Assembly (NCBI GenBank): GCA_964016885.1
Contig: OZ024740.1
Coordinates: 219,790,001 to 219,854,000, forward strand
Reading direction: 5' to 3'
DNA length: 64,000 bases
Origin: Eledone cirrhosa
Lineage: Eukaryota
Below are positions 39,750-54,836 of the stretch, in pieces. The notes under the pieces are model-generated. The model worked only from the letters and a program-made list of their open reading frames with translations, had not been told where the DNA came from and did not search any database. Within the stretch, counting starts at the first letter, position 1. Each line of letters starts with the position of its first letter. The position numbers and the translations under genes were made by a program.

Positions 39750-40582
39750 GTGCTCACTATCACTAACATCATCTTCACTGTCACTAACGCTGTCATCATC
39801 ATCATCATCTTCATCACCACCATCATCACCAATGTCACTAACATCATCACCATCATAACCATCATCATAATCACTATCACTAATATCATTTCTACTGCAA
39901 TCATCACTGCCATCATCACCACCATCACCATCATCATAATCACAACCAGCACCACCACCATCATCACTGTCATCATCATCATCATCATCACCATCATCAT
40001 CATTATTATCACTGTCATCATCATCCTCATCACCAACACTGTCACTACCACCACCACCATCATCACAACCACCACCGCACCACCAACACCACCACCATTA
40101 TCACTGTCATCATCATCATCATCATCATCATCATCACCAATACTGTCACTAACACCATCATCATCATCTCCACCACTACCATCACCACCATCATCACAAC
40201 CAGCACCACCACCATCATCACAACCACCACTACCACCACCACCACCACCACCACCACCATTATCACTGTCATCATCATCATCATCATCATCATCACCAAC
40301 ACTGTCACTAACACCATCATCATCTTCACCACTACCATCACCATCATTATCACAACCACCACCACCACCACAACTACCACCACCACAACTACCACCACCA
40401 CCACCACCACCACTACAACTACCACCCCACCACCACCACCACCACCACAACTACCACCCCACCACCACCACCACCACCACAACTACCACCACCACCACCA
40501 CCACCACCACCACAACTACCACCACCACTACCACCACCACCACCACCACCACCACCACCACCACCACCACCATCATCATCAT
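39712..40582. repeat. Degenerate (CAT)n/(CAC)n tract
   Basis: Direct reading of the sequence. Confidence 0.92.
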
Positions 40583-41198
40583 TGTATTCCTCATTATCAT
40601 TCTAAGCATAATAAAACCTCTTATAATCCTTATCACCAACACTCACCATCTTCATCATAAAAAAATATTGATAGCTCTTCCTATGACAAATACAGGTTTA
40701 TGACTTAGGAAAGTAAAATGTGTAACACTTGCAGAATGTTAGATGTTACTAGTGGAAAATTTTCAAATTTCTGTCTCAAATTCTTTCCCTGCCTTCAATG
40801 TTGTCATCATCATCATCACAGTTTAACATCTATTGTCTATGCTGGCATAGGTTAGCTGGTTATCATATACTGAGGTTAGACTGACTGATCAGGTGAAAAT
40901 ATCTTGCTCTTATGCTCAAGTTTTGGCTTGGTTTCTGTAGCTGGATATGCTTCCTAACACAAACCACTTTACAGTAGGCACTGGGGGTATTTTATCATGA
41001 CTCCAGCACAACCACTTTACAGTGTCAACAGTGTCAACAGTGTATTTTTCATTGTGGTACCAGTACTACCACCTTACAATGACAGCTGGATACTTTTTGT
41101 TATGTCACCAACACTGCCACCTTACAGGGAGGCCTGGATCCTTTTTATCATAGTATTATTTTATCATTTTGAACACAAAGTGGAATTACTTTCAATAG

Positions 41199-41264
<66 letters not shown>

Positions 41265-41564
41265 TTTAAGACTTGTAAATCAAATATAATCATCATCGTC
41301 ATGATCAATTTACATTAATTTTTTTATGTAGGTTGCACAGGTTATTACATTCTGAGGCTAGAATGTGACAGCCTGGAAATCCACCCTAAAACGATGATGA
41401 TGATGATGACGACGGTGGCGGCTGTTGTTGTTGTTGTTTAGTTGTAGACAAAGCCATGACAAAGTCCTGTAACACTCAGTTTATAAGTGGGATTATCAGT
41501 TTATAACAAAGATTATACTCCTTTGTATCTGTGTTAACTAGTACCAGGGGTTGTTGCTGGTGCT

Positions 41565-42045
41565 AATTTAGAATATCTTTGTTGAAAGGTCTTCCAGTTA
41601 TTTAGCCCCTGGTCAGTCTGAATCTAGGAGGTCTTTGATCAAAGGTCTTCCAGTTATTTAGCCCCTGGTCAGTCTTGATCTAGAATATCTTTGATCATAA
41701 ATGTTCTAGTTGTTTATCCCCAGGTTAGTTCTGGTCAAGAATACTTCTGATTAAAGGTGTTCTAATTGGTTAACCCTACATCAGGTCTAATTCAGAATAC
41801 ATTCGATCAAAAGTGATCTTGTTATTCAGCCCTAGGTTAACTATGATCAAGAATACTTATGACTGAAGGTGCTCATGTTTAGCCCCAGGTCAAGCCAAAT
41901 CAAGAATACTCTGATCAAAGAGGTTCTTTCAGAAAACCTTTAACCTAATATGTTCTAATTGATTAACCCCAAGTAAACTCTAATCAAGAATTCTTTCAAT
42001 CAATGTTTGAATTGTTTAGCCCTAGGTCTTCCTTGATCAAGAATC
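41565..42045. repeat. Old degenerate 56-bp tandem repeat (about 8 units)
   Basis: tttagcccc at 41601 and 41657; gatcaagaata recurs. Confidence 0.75.
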
Positions 42046-42520
42046 ATCATCATCATCTTCGTTTAACGTCCATTTTCCACGCTAACATGGGTTAGACGGG
42101 AGTTGTCCCACTTGAGGCAAGGTTGGTCGGGTGACCATGTCTCGCTCATATAGGACTATATGGCAGGTTTTCTATGGTTGGATGCCCTTCCTAACACCAA
42201 CCATATTTACAGTGTGGAACTGGGAACTTTTTACCGTGTTACCTACACAGCCACATTACAGTGTGGACTGTGTGTTTTTTCTCGTGACACCTACACGATC
42301 TCGATCTCGATCTCATTATCTCATTTATTTGGACTGGATGTTGTGGTACCAACTTTATAGAGAGGGGGTGGTGTTGGTGGGAGTGGGAGGATAGGGTAGG
42401 GGTAGTGGATTGGGGTGTATATTTGGTTAAGAGGTGCCTACTGACTGTAGGTTTTGCTTTGTACATAAGCAAGGCGGGTCTTCTGTATTACTGCGTAGCG
42501 CCAAAGATCTCGGTCCCTTA
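42045..42520 (-). mobile_element. RTE 3' UTR fragment
   Basis: (ATC)n-gtttaacgtcc...ggatgcccttcctaacaccaacc; also at 36260, 36655 (+), 46003, 52378 and 60062. Confidence 0.75.
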
Positions 42521-42972
42521 CAGCCAGGAACAGCTTTTTTTTTTTTAGTTTAGGTGGAATAAACAAGCCACATTAAAAGTAACAACCATATTTGATGGCA
42601 TATAAAATGCACAGTTTTTTGTTTTTAAATATTATTTTAAAATACCATTTATGTCTTATATGTAAAGTTGAGCAACATATTCTAATAATATTGGCTGTCT
42701 ACTCACAATTACACATTTTCTCTTAATATCTCTGTTGAAATAAAGGTGGGTCATATATGCCCATAGGTTTCATATGCCAACAAATACAGGAATTAACTAA
42801 TATGGGGATACCCCAGGCATGGACAATGGAATGAGACAATCTACTCCCGTGGTTTGAATAAAAGTTTGGAATTCAGTTTGGAATCCCTAGAATATTACTG
42901 AATATAACAAGCACCTTAAGAAGGCTAGAGGGTACGGTGACTGAAACTTTGGAATTATAAAAACTATAGTAA

Positions 42973-43537
42973 AGGTGCATGGCTTAGTGGTTAGAGCATT
43001 GGCCTTGCAATCGAAAGGTTGTGAGTTCAATTCTCAGACCGGGTGATGTGTTGCTTCCTTGAGAAAGACACTTTATTTCACATTGCTCCAGTTTACTCAG
43101 CTGTAGAAATGAGATGATAGGGACTGGGTTCTCTATCATTCCACTGCAAAGTGGTCGTGGAGGTGCCACAGCAAAAAGCACCCAGCACTCACTGTAAATG
43201 AGGTTGGCGTTAGGAAGGGCATCTAGCTGTAGAAATCAAGCCAGAATCAGTTCCCATATGGGAAAGATAAGGTCAGCTGACCTGCCAGCTGACCCCTTAA
43301 CACCACTACCACTACCAACACAATGGAGGAGGTCAGCTGTACTTAAACAAAAACAACTACAACAGATTGTCTTGCCTCAGAAAAATGTCTATAGACTTTT
43401 GACTGAGGAATGTTCTCACAACTCAAGACATGGTAAGCCAACCGGACACTGCCCACAACAGAGCAGCCCGTCTAACCCATGCTAGCATGGAAGAACAGAC
43501 GTAAAACGATGATGATGATGATGATGATGATGATGAT
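42973..43537 (+). mobile_element. SINE family A copy with an interrupted tail
   Basis: Head and body match 35430. Confidence 0.8.
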
Positions 43538-44819
43538 AGTAATGTAGTTATGTAGGTGACACGACGAGAAGCACCCAGCCCACACTGTAAATGTGGTTTG
43601 CATTAGGAACGGCATCCAGCTATAGAAACCTATATGAGTAAGACATGGTTACCTGACCCAACTTACCTCAAGTGGGACAACCTGTCTAACCCATGCTAAC
43701 ATGGAAAATGGACATTAAACAATGATGATGATGATGATGATAGTAAAGATAGTAGTCTGAATAAAACAGTTTATAATTGTGATTAGCTATTTTTTTTTCT
43801 TTTATCCGACATAGTGTATTTATGACTGAAATATCTAATGTGTCCTTTCAACAAGCTGTAGATGTGAGTGAGATTTGGGTGTCATTTCTATCAAGTTGAG
43901 CAACCATGTAACAATGTGTTAGTGTTTATAGTTTAAAGAAGAATCTTTAACATGTGTATCAGAGTCAAGGTGAAACATTTATCCTTTTGATATCAAACCA
44001 GTTGAAATTGCCCCTGTTTATACAATTCTCAGCTGTTTATTTTAAAGTATTTATATTTATCTAAAAACCTTCCAGCATAATTTTATGTAAGAACCTTTGT
44101 TATGCTATGCTCCAAACATTACCTCAAAAATGAGAAAGTTAGTTATATTACTAAATCACTTGAAATTCTTGATTTGTTTCAAAATTATTGAAAATGTTAT
44201 AAACTGTCATTTATCATCATCATCATCATCGTCATCATATAACAGCTACTGGAAAGGGTTAAAATTGATAAATAGTTGAGAAGCTACTGGAGATTCTAGG
44301 TGTGTGTGTAGTTACATGATAGGAAGTAATCAATCAAAATAATCTTCCCTGTGTGTAGGGGTTGGTTGGAACGGAGTTGTTTATTTTGGATACATAAATA
44401 TATTCTTTGTGCTTCAGGTAAGATCAAAGTTGTATATTTTCATTTTTACTCCAAACTGATAAACAATTCCAGTTTCTGATATTTTATCATTTTAAATGAT
44501 GAGGGGGGATGAGGAACTGGTAGATGATGTGGGGATGGGCGCCGTGGTGGTGGTGGCAAGTAGTCATGGTGGTGGAGGTGGAGGTGGTAGTTGTGATAGT
44601 GATATTTGAGGTGGCAGTATTTAAGGTGGTGATAGTTGTGAAGAGCGATAGAGGATGTAGAGAGAGAGGGGGGGGAGTGAGTGAGTGAGTGGCGAATTTT
44701 TAATTAATTTTGAAAATATTCAAGAATTTAAAGAGATTTAGTAATGTAATTAACTTTGTCATTATCAAATTTGTGTTTGGAACATAACAATTATTGTTAT
44801 ATAACATTATGATGGAATA

Positions 44820-45003
44820 TTGGCAGTATTGGTAGAGGGTCGGACACCATGCTTTACAGCAAAGAGTTACGGCCCTTTATGGTCTGAGTTCAAATCTCGC
44901 CGAGGTTAACTTTGCCTTTCATCCTTATGGGGTCGATAAAATAAAGTACCAGTAATACACTGGGATAATTGCTGGCCTTGTGCCAAAAGTAGAAACAATT
45001 ATA
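44820..45003 (+). mobile_element. SINE family B
   Basis: Reverse complement of 10681-10870. Confidence 0.8.
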
Positions 45004-45298
45004 ATGGAATATTTTTAGCTAAATATATGTACTATAAAATAAAGAGCTTTGTATTGTAGAATTGGAGGCAGTTTCAGGTGGTTTGATATTAAAAAGGTTA
45101 ACATCCTGTACTGTATGAAACCACATCAACAAGACATTATTGAAAAATACAAAACAGCACTATGACTGCATCACATGAAAAATTAAAGTCTTTATTTTAG
45201 TTTACACTAATTTTTCACAACAATCTGTCCACTAGTAAAGATATAAACATATGAATTAACAAAACCGTTTTTAGATATTTTCTGCTAAATATTTAGAG

Positions 45299-45614
45299 CA
45301 ATGATTCCCAATGTGTGGTGCACACCCCACTGTGGATCAATTTGAACATTTAAGGGGGCCATTCGAAAATGATGTTAATGAGAACAAACCTCAAGTTTTA
45401 CTTTATTACTTTTACACCAAGGCAATTTTGGTGCCCATTGTTGTCAGAAGCTCCTGTCTCACCTCCTCCATTTGTTATTATACATTTGGCACTACTTATA
45501 CACCAATTTGTTTACACTTTGCAGTTGATTATTGTTGTTTTCATGTCAAATGGCGAGATAACAATTTTTTAGATGTTGAGGTGGGGCATGGTGCACAAAA
45601 GGTTGGGACCACTG
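45299..45614. mobile_element. hAT-type MITE
   Basis: TIRs caatgattcccaa / ttgggaccactg; 8-bp TSD atttagag / ctttagag. Confidence 0.7.
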
Positions 45615-46002
45615 CTTTAGAGGATATTAAGAGTTAATTCTACTTGGGAACTTGTGTCTATCACACTCCTACAACACCATGGGTTGCTGGCACAGAATCA
45701 TTTGCTATTCACAATTGTTCAAATAATACTTAGTGCTGGTGCTAGAGTGTGAGAAAATCTTGTAATTGAGACACAGTTCCTTGACCTGTATAGTCGAAAA
45801 AAATAAATTAAATTAATCTAGTCTAGACCAATATTTTAGAACAAAATTTGCTTAATGAGGACAACAATTCAAGCAGTTGAAGCAGATATTTAAGCAGCAT
45901 GTCCTTGAAGACTGATATGAAAGTATATTCCACTTCTCTGAACCACACAGCTGACAAAATTTCACCAAGTTTGTACTACAAATATATACTACAAATATAT
46001 AC

Positions 46003-46960
46003 CATCATCATCATCATCATTTAACATGCATCTTCCACGCTAGCATGGGTTGGACGGGTTTGTCCCACTTGAGGCAAGATTGAGTGGGTGACTATGTTTC
46101 GTTCGTACAGAGCTGTTTCTTGCAGGTATTCTATGGCTGGTTGCTCTTCCTAACACCAACCACATTTACAGTGTGGACTGGATGCCTTTTTTCATGTCAC
46201 CTACATGACCACTTTACAGTGGACCGAAGTGGTAAGATGGAGAAGGGTGTATATTGGGTTAAAAGGGGCCTACTGACTAGGTTTAAGTTTGTATGTAAGG
46301 GAAGGAGGGTTTTCTGTATAAATGCACAGTGCCAAAGATCTCAATCCAGTGACATTGTCTTAGAGAGGTGTAAGTAAGCAAGGTCAGTTTTTCTTGGCCT
46401 ACCCACTCTGTAGCTTCCATCAATTTTGATCGCTCTGCACTTTTTTATACAGCTGTTGTCCTTCATATGCATCACATGTCCATACCAATGCAATCTCCTC
46501 TCCTGACACAACATTTGATACGTCTTATGCTTAGTCTCTCTTTCAATTTGTTTATGCTTTGCTGTTTGCGTACATCACTATTACACATCCATCGGAGCAT
46601 GAAAGCTTTGTCTCTTTCTAATCTACACAAGTCTTCTGCACACAACACCCAGGTCTCACTACCATGTAACATTGCCATTTGTATACAAGCATCATACAAT
46701 CTGCCTTTCATTCTTAGAGAAAAACCCTTTGTGGCCAACAGTAGTATTAGCTCTCTGAAATTTTTCCATCCCTTTCTAACTCTGGCTACTGTACTTTCAG
46801 AACACCCTCCGCCACTGCTGATTTTGTCACCCAGGTAACAGAAAGTGTCTACCATTTCTATAGAACCATCTGGGCAGTTGAAGGAGTTAGTATCCAGTGG
46901 GCACTCGCTACTTACTGCACCTGAGTATCGTCCACATATAAAATCTACATTCTTAGATAG
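46003..46960 (-). mobile_element. RTE LINE fragment (RT C-terminal region plus 3' UTR)
   Basis: VDTFCYLGDKISSGGGCSESTVARVRKGWKNFREL...KGRLYDACIQMAMLHGSETW. Confidence 0.9.
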
Positions 46961-47049
46961 CTTATATGTATATATGAGCACACAAAAGATGTAGTGAGAT
47001 TAGAAGCATGCTATCAAAGAATGTAGGTTTTTATATGTAGCTGATGCAC

Positions 47050-47478
47050 AGGTGCAGTAAGTTGCAAGAGCCCACAGGATATTAGCTCCTTCAAATGCCC
47101 AGAGGGTTCTGTAGAAATAGTTGACAGTTTCTGTTACCTGGGTGACCAAATTAGCAGTGGAGGTGATTGTTGCGAAAGTACAGTAGCCAGAGTAAGAACA
47201 AGATGGAGAAAGTTCTGGGAGCTACTACTGCTGCTAGCTACAAAAGGTTTTTCCTTCAAAATGAAGGGAAGATTGTATGATGCATATATCACGACAAAAA
47301 GCACCCAGCACACACTGTAGGTGTGGTTGGCATTAGGAAGGGTATCTAGCTGTCGAAACCAAGCCAGAAACAGTTGTGTGTGAGCAAGACATGGTCACCT
47401 GACCTGACTTGCCTCAAATAGGACAACCCGTCCAACTCATGCTAGCATGGAAAATGGACGTTAAACGATGATGATGGT
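47050..47478 (+). mobile_element. RTE LINE fragment, inverted relative to 46003-46960
   Basis: gacagtttctgttacctgggtgaccaaattagcagtgg (DSFCYLGDQISS), joined to the tail. Confidence 0.82.
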
Positions 47479-47620
47479 GGTATATATATTTATGAAGTAG
47501 AGGATCCTTTACCTCACTAATATACCCACTCTGCATCATACCATGTATTAAGTACTACTTTGATTTGCGGTCCTCCCGGTCTCCCTAGCACAGAAAAAAA
47601 AATATATATATTATATAAAG

Positions 47621-47693
<73 letters not shown>

Positions 47694-47979
47694 GAGAGAG
47701 ACACAGAGAGAGAGAATAAACAATTATTGCAAAAAGAAATACAAAACAAAGACTAATATTTATACTGCTTCATTCTGATTAGATTGAAGCCCCTTTCAGT
47801 AACCTCTTCTTCAAATTCCATATCTTTCACATTAAAAACTACATTAAAATAATTTGGCACACTTTTCAGAACGATGAAGTTCTTTGGCCTGGAGGTGTCA
47901 CTAGGAGATTAAAAATTGTTCACACTATTTTGATATATGGAACACTTTACTATGTGCCAACATATTTTTATGAATAGAG

Positions 47980-48036
<57 letters not shown>

Positions 48037-48133
48037 CACACACGCATATATATATATATATATATTGTTGTATATACATATCATCATCTTCATCATCATC
48101 ATCATTTTACGTCCGCTTTTCCCTGCTTGCAAG

Positions 48134-48192
<59 letters not shown>

Positions 48193-48200
48193 ATATATTG

Positions 48201-48248
<48 letters not shown>

Positions 48249-48722
48249 GAAAGGTATAGAAAGTATTGTAGCAAGAAGCCAACAGTATTCCATAATATAT
48301 CATCATCATCATTTCATTTTATGTCCGCTTTTCCCTGCTTGCAAGGGTGGGACGGGAACTGATTCTGGCTTGATTTCTACAGCTGGATGCCCTTCCTAAC
48401 ACCAACCTCATTTACAGTGAGTGCTGGGTGCTTTTTTACCGTGGCACCTCCATGACCACTTTGCAGTGGAATGATAGGGACCCCAGTCCCTATCATCTCA
48501 TATATATATATATATATATATATTTTATGGTGAACTAACTGTTGTGTAACCACTTCTACCTAGTCTCTCAGACTGAGTGCGCTACCACATTACCTTCCAG
48601 TGTTCCACCACTATATATATATATATATATTCTTATATAAATATATATACATTGTTATATATATACATTATATATATATAGATTCTTATATAAATATATA
48701 TACATTGTTATATATATACATA

Positions 48723-49484
48723 TCCTGTCTGGCCCTCTGGAGAATAGAGGAAATGTGTTTCCTTGAAAACTCGTATGACTCTAAAACCCGGTCCGTCTGT
48801 GTGGTTACATACAGACTAGCTGACACTCACTGTAAAGTGTCTAGTGAAAAACTGAGTACATGTACATATGTATACATGTGTGTATTTATAGGCATACTAA
48901 TACTTCCGTATACATATGTAGATGTACACTTTAACTTAATTGTTTAAGCGTCAGTCATACAAAAGTGAGTTAGAAGCGAAACGAAATTTAATTTCGTTTC
49001 GTTATTTGTTTTTATCGTTTCCGCTGAACCGGTGCGTACAATGACTCACGTTCTATGCAAATTAGTCTACCCACTACTAATTTTCATAGAAAAAGCATAT
49101 AACGATATGTGCTTTTACAATTCTCCAGAGAAGCCGGAAGATGGGTAAATATTGCTGATGAGATGTAATAACATCGAAACTAGTCCAATATTCCTGTCTG
49201 GCCCTCTGGAGAATAGAGGAAATGTGTTTCCTTGAAAACTCGTATGACTCTAAAACCCGGTCCGTCTGTGTGGTTACATACAGACTAGCTGACACTCACT
49301 GTAAAGTGTCTAGTGAAAAACTGAGTACATGTACATATGTATACATGTGTGTATTTATAGGCATACTAATACTTCCGTATACATATGTAGATGTACACTT
49401 TAACTTAATTGCTTAAGCGTCAGTCATACAAAAGTGAGTTAGAAGCGAAACGAAATTTAATTTCGTTTCGTTATTTGTTTTTAT
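48723..49484 (+). mobile_element. 1.6 tandem units (469-nt period) of a hammerhead-bearing retrozyme-like element (family A2)
   Basis: 48723-49015 repeated at 49192-49484; 29-nt flanking direct repeat tatatatacattgttatatatatacatat (48695-48723 and 49482-49510); homologous blocks to 567-1504. Confidence 0.82.
49148..49192 (+). ncRNA. Canonical type I hammerhead ribozyme motif
   Basis: aatattg-CTGATGA-gatgt-aata-acatc-GAAA-ctag-TC-caatatt; perfect helices I and II; GUC cleavage after 49185; helix I extends (agatggg/cctgtct) past a TA bulge. Confidence 0.92.
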
Positions 49485-49599
49485 ATATACATTGTTATAT
49501 ATATACATATATATATATTTTTTTTTATATAAATATATATATATTGTTATATATATACATACATATATATTGTTATATATATACATACATATATATATA

Positions 49600-49697
49600 T
49601 AGGGTGTCCCAAAAAATGTATATACACTATGATTACCTGTACAGGCAATATTTATTAGAATGCAGTTGAAGTGTGTATACATTTTTGGGACACCCTG
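49600..49697. mobile_element. 98-bp Tc1/mariner-type MITE
   Basis: TIRs agggtgtcccaaaaaatgtat / atacatttttgggacaccctg with TA flanks. Confidence 0.78.
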
Positions 49698-49702
49698 TAT
49701 GT

Positions 49703-49753
<51 letters not shown>

Positions 49754-49870
49754 TATCATCATCATCATCATCATCATCAGCGTTTAACGTCCGTGTTCCA
49801 CGTTTGCATGGGTTTGGACGGGGGTTTTCCCACTTGAGGCAAGAGTGATTGTCTTGCTCGCATATATATG

Positions 49871-49916
<46 letters not shown>

Positions 49917-50264
49917 CATGCACATAAGATGACTGGCAAGCATAGCTTGTAGCAATTATTTCGCTGTTGTAATATGCCTTTTCTCTATTTCTGTTGATGT
50001 TACTTCAAATATGATTTTGCTCTGTCTGTACACCACACACTTTCATAATAAACAGTATATCCAATAATACTTTTACAAAACCAACCGAGAATTCTCTCAT
50101 TATACTAATAAAAGTAGCAGCTGTAGGGACAAAATATATTTAATTGTAAACTTTATGACACACACATTCACTGATACACAAGCATATATATATACAGAGA
50201 GAGAAAGAAAGAAAGAGATAGATTGATACATAGTTGTAAATATATATATATATATATACATATA

Positions 50265-50334
<70 letters not shown>

Positions 50335-50385
50335 TATATAGTGGCAGAACACTGGTAGGTTATATACATATATATATATATGTAC

Positions 50386-50442
<57 letters not shown>

Positions 50443-50685
50443 GTAGAACACTGGTAGGTTATATACATATATATATGTACATTATATATATATAGAGAGA
50501 GAGAGAGGTGGATAGATAATCTGCTTTTGTTAGATAAGATAGTGGCACTTAAAGATATGTTAAATGTAGTATTTAGGAAAAGTTAATTATTCCTGAAGAT
50601 TCTGTTGTGGAGAAACAGTAGCTAAACCTTTCAATATAAAGATATAAAGATGGGAATAGGCAAGTAATGATGTATTAAAACATCA

Positions 50686-50723
<38 letters not shown>

Positions 50724-50910
50724 GCTTATATACATATACACACACACAGACACATACACATGCACACACACATGTCGCTTAATTTCACAGAAGAGCTGGG
50801 GAAGGACTGAGATAATTGGATAGATGCTGTGCTGGAAAGAACCTGCCCCCACCCACACAAGCATGGAAAAGCAAACATAAAATGGCGACGATGATGATGA
50901 TGATGATGAT

Positions 50911-50957
<47 letters not shown>

Positions 50958-51169
50958 CAAGATACTATTTATAGTTATGTATGTATATACTATACTATAA
51001 ACAACTATACACAGGGAAGGTCAGTAATTTATTACTACCTTATTACCAGTAAGAGAAATAGCTCAATGTAATAGCTCTGAGGACTCCAAGCCTTAGTTTG
51101 GAAGAAACAATTGTCAGCGATTAAATGTTTTAAATCATAACTTTGATACTTGTGTATTCTATATATCAT

Positions 51170-52045
<876 letters not shown>

Positions 52046-52550
52046 TTAATATATATATATATATTATTGGCACAGATTAAAGGTTTAAGCAAACAATAGC
52101 TGCTTTTGCTTTTTTATTGGATCTTCTCAAATATTTGCTCTATAGTTTTATATATAATGTTTCATAAATGTATTTCATCATCATCATAAACACTGTATTT
52201 TCTACACTTGCATGAGTTAGATAGGTTGTCACTTTATGAGACAAGTCAGTTCAGGTGACCATGTTCATATGAAACTATTTCTGGCTTGGTTTCTATGGCT
52301 AGATGCCCTTCCTAACGCCAGCCACATCACAGTGTGGACTGGGTGCTCTTTATTGTGACACCAAAACTGTTAATATATCATCATCATCGTTTAATGCCCA
52401 TCTTCCATGCTAGCATGGGTTGGACGGTTTTATCCCACATGAAGCAAGATTGGTTGGGTGACCATGTCTCGTTTGTACAGAACTGTTTCTGGCAGGTTTT
52501 CTATGGCTGGATGCCCTTCCTATTACCAACCACATTTACAGTGTGGACTG

Positions 52551-52589
<39 letters not shown>

Positions 52590-53340
52590 GGAGAGGGCCT
52601 CCAGTTGGGACAATGACCAACAACCACTCTTGTATTGGTACCATGAAAAGGTGGTTGGTGACAGAAATGGCACTTCTCTGTAGAAATTGTGCCTAAAAAG
52701 GGTTGAGAGAGCCCTTGAGTTGTGTCACAGCACGACAACCTCTCTAGTATTGGTGACCTATATGATAAACACATCCAATACATGCTGTCAAGTGGTTGGT
52801 GATAGAAAAGGCATCCAACCATAGAAAACTTTCCAAACAACACATTGGGAGGACACTTCAGTTGTGTCAAAAACATTACAACATTAAATGATGATGCTGA
52901 TATTACAATAGTAATATGTAGGTATAGATGTATTAAGATACCATGCAAAAGATACAAGGTTTTATTGCTCTCAGGTACTTCTGTCCACTTTTTCCATCTC
53001 CAGATGTAGTTCACTCAATTTAGTTCCCTCAACTATTATTTATAGTGATCAATCATATCATAATCATTCCTGTGTTTGGGATGCTCACATCTCAAATTTC
53101 CCCACTGCTTCATATATCAACAGTTATTTACATTTCCTGCTCCAGGCTTATAGTTTTCAAAAAAATGGAATTGGTTGCTGGTGGCTCCTAGCCCAGTATT
53201 CAAGAGATGTGGGGTTCGATTCCTTGAATGTGACATGAATGTGTTCACTTTTTTCCATATCTGGGGGTATTTTACCACATTTTCTCAACTATTATTTATA
53301 ATGATTGACAATATTGTAATCATTTATGCATTAGGACACT

Positions 53341-53372
<32 letters not shown>

Positions 53373-53909
53373 CAGTGGCGAAGGGTAACCTGGAAAGCAA
53401 GGCATGCAGTCCAATGGCCATGGCGGAAAGTGAGGCTGTGCAGCCTTACTCCCCCCCCCCAATTCCCTTTAAATGACCCCCCCCCCCCCCGGTCAAAGCC
53501 GCATGTATTGTTATCTAGTGTGTGTGTGCGTATTATCTTTTTATGTGTCTACGATTTAGTAAGCAGTCAAAATTCTACTTGTCCCAAAGCTGTCGTGTGT
53601 TTATGTGTGTGTGTGTGTGTGTGTTTGTGTGTGAGTGTGTGTTTGTGTGTGTGTGTTATCTTTTTGTGTGTCTACGATTTAGTAAGCAGTCAAAATTCTG
53701 CTTTCCTCAAAGCTGTCGTGTGTTTGTGTGTATGTGTTTGTGTGTATGTGTATGTGTGTGTGTGTATGTGTGTGTGTGTTATCTTTTTTGTGTCTATACA
53801 TTTTAGCAAGCAGCCAAAATTCTGCTTGCTTCAACCGACACAATTGATCAACTCAAGATTCTATAACGCATGCACGACATGCGTTGCATGCACGGACCCT
53901 TCGCCCCTG
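53373..53909. mobile_element. MITE with short TIRs and internal GT-rich subrepeats
   Basis: cagtggcgaagggt / acccttcgcccctg, inserted in (TA)n. Confidence 0.65.
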
Positions 53910-53976
53910 ATATATATATATATATATATATATACAATATTAAATAAATGGAAAACTATATTTATAAAACCATATT

Positions 53977-54042
53977 TATTTCATTATATATATTTCGGGG
54001 ATATCATATTAACAATATGCTATGCCTTCATCAGACAAAATA
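53977..54042 (-). ncRNA. Type I hammerhead motif (family of 2095)
   Basis: Minus strand: tattttgt-CTGATGA-aggcatagcatattgttaatatgatatcccc-GAAA-tatata-TA-atgaaata. Confidence 0.72.
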
Positions 54043-54836
54043 CAATATAAACAGTTTTATAGATAAATAGATTCGACATACCGTAATAACACCGACTTCA
54101 TTTGAAGAGGTTTACGCTGGCAGTAATATTGTAAATATACTCCAAATATTTGTCGAGTGCTTTTATATCAGTTATAAATATTTACTAGTTGTAACCCAAC
54201 AATTTTAAATATAACTTTACATGTATATATATATATATATATAAATGAAAATAGAGAAATTAATGTGAGCAAGAAGCCAACAGTATTTCATAATATATAA
54301 GTGACTATAATGTCAAGATGGAAAATATTTAACGTAAGATATGGGAAAATAATTCAAACTCAATTAAAAAAAAAAAAAAAAAAAAAAACGCGGTTGGTGT
54401 TAGGAAGGGCATCCAGCCGCAGAAAACCCGCCAGGCAGCCCTATACGAGCGAGACATGGTCACCCGCCCAATCTTTCCTCAAGTAGGACAATTCCCGTCT
54501 AAACCCATGCTAGCGTTAAACGGTTAAACCCATGATAGACGTTAAACGATGATGATGATGATGATGATGATGGTGATGGTGTTGATGATAATGATGATGG
54601 TGGTGATGATGATGATGATGATGATGATAATGCCAATATATATATATATAAATGTGTGTGTACATATATGTATTTATTCAAGCATCAATATATAGATATT
54701 TTATTAAGATCCCAAGATAGAAAGATTTATAGTCTAAGACTGATGATATTGATTGAAAACAAGAACAGTATTGGTAAGACTTGTTATAATAGAGATTCAT
54801 CTTTACTGTGGAATATTTTTTACTCCTTATTATTAG

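Noticed and set aside
38782-40703. Pro-rich, Gly-rich and Thr/Ile-rich long ORFs (formin- or mucin-like)
   Set aside because: Trinucleotide repeats open in most frames on both strands; no domain flanks or splice support
53175-54050. 291-aa ORF
   Set aside because: Runs across (TA)n, a MITE and a pLTR remnant; composite artefact
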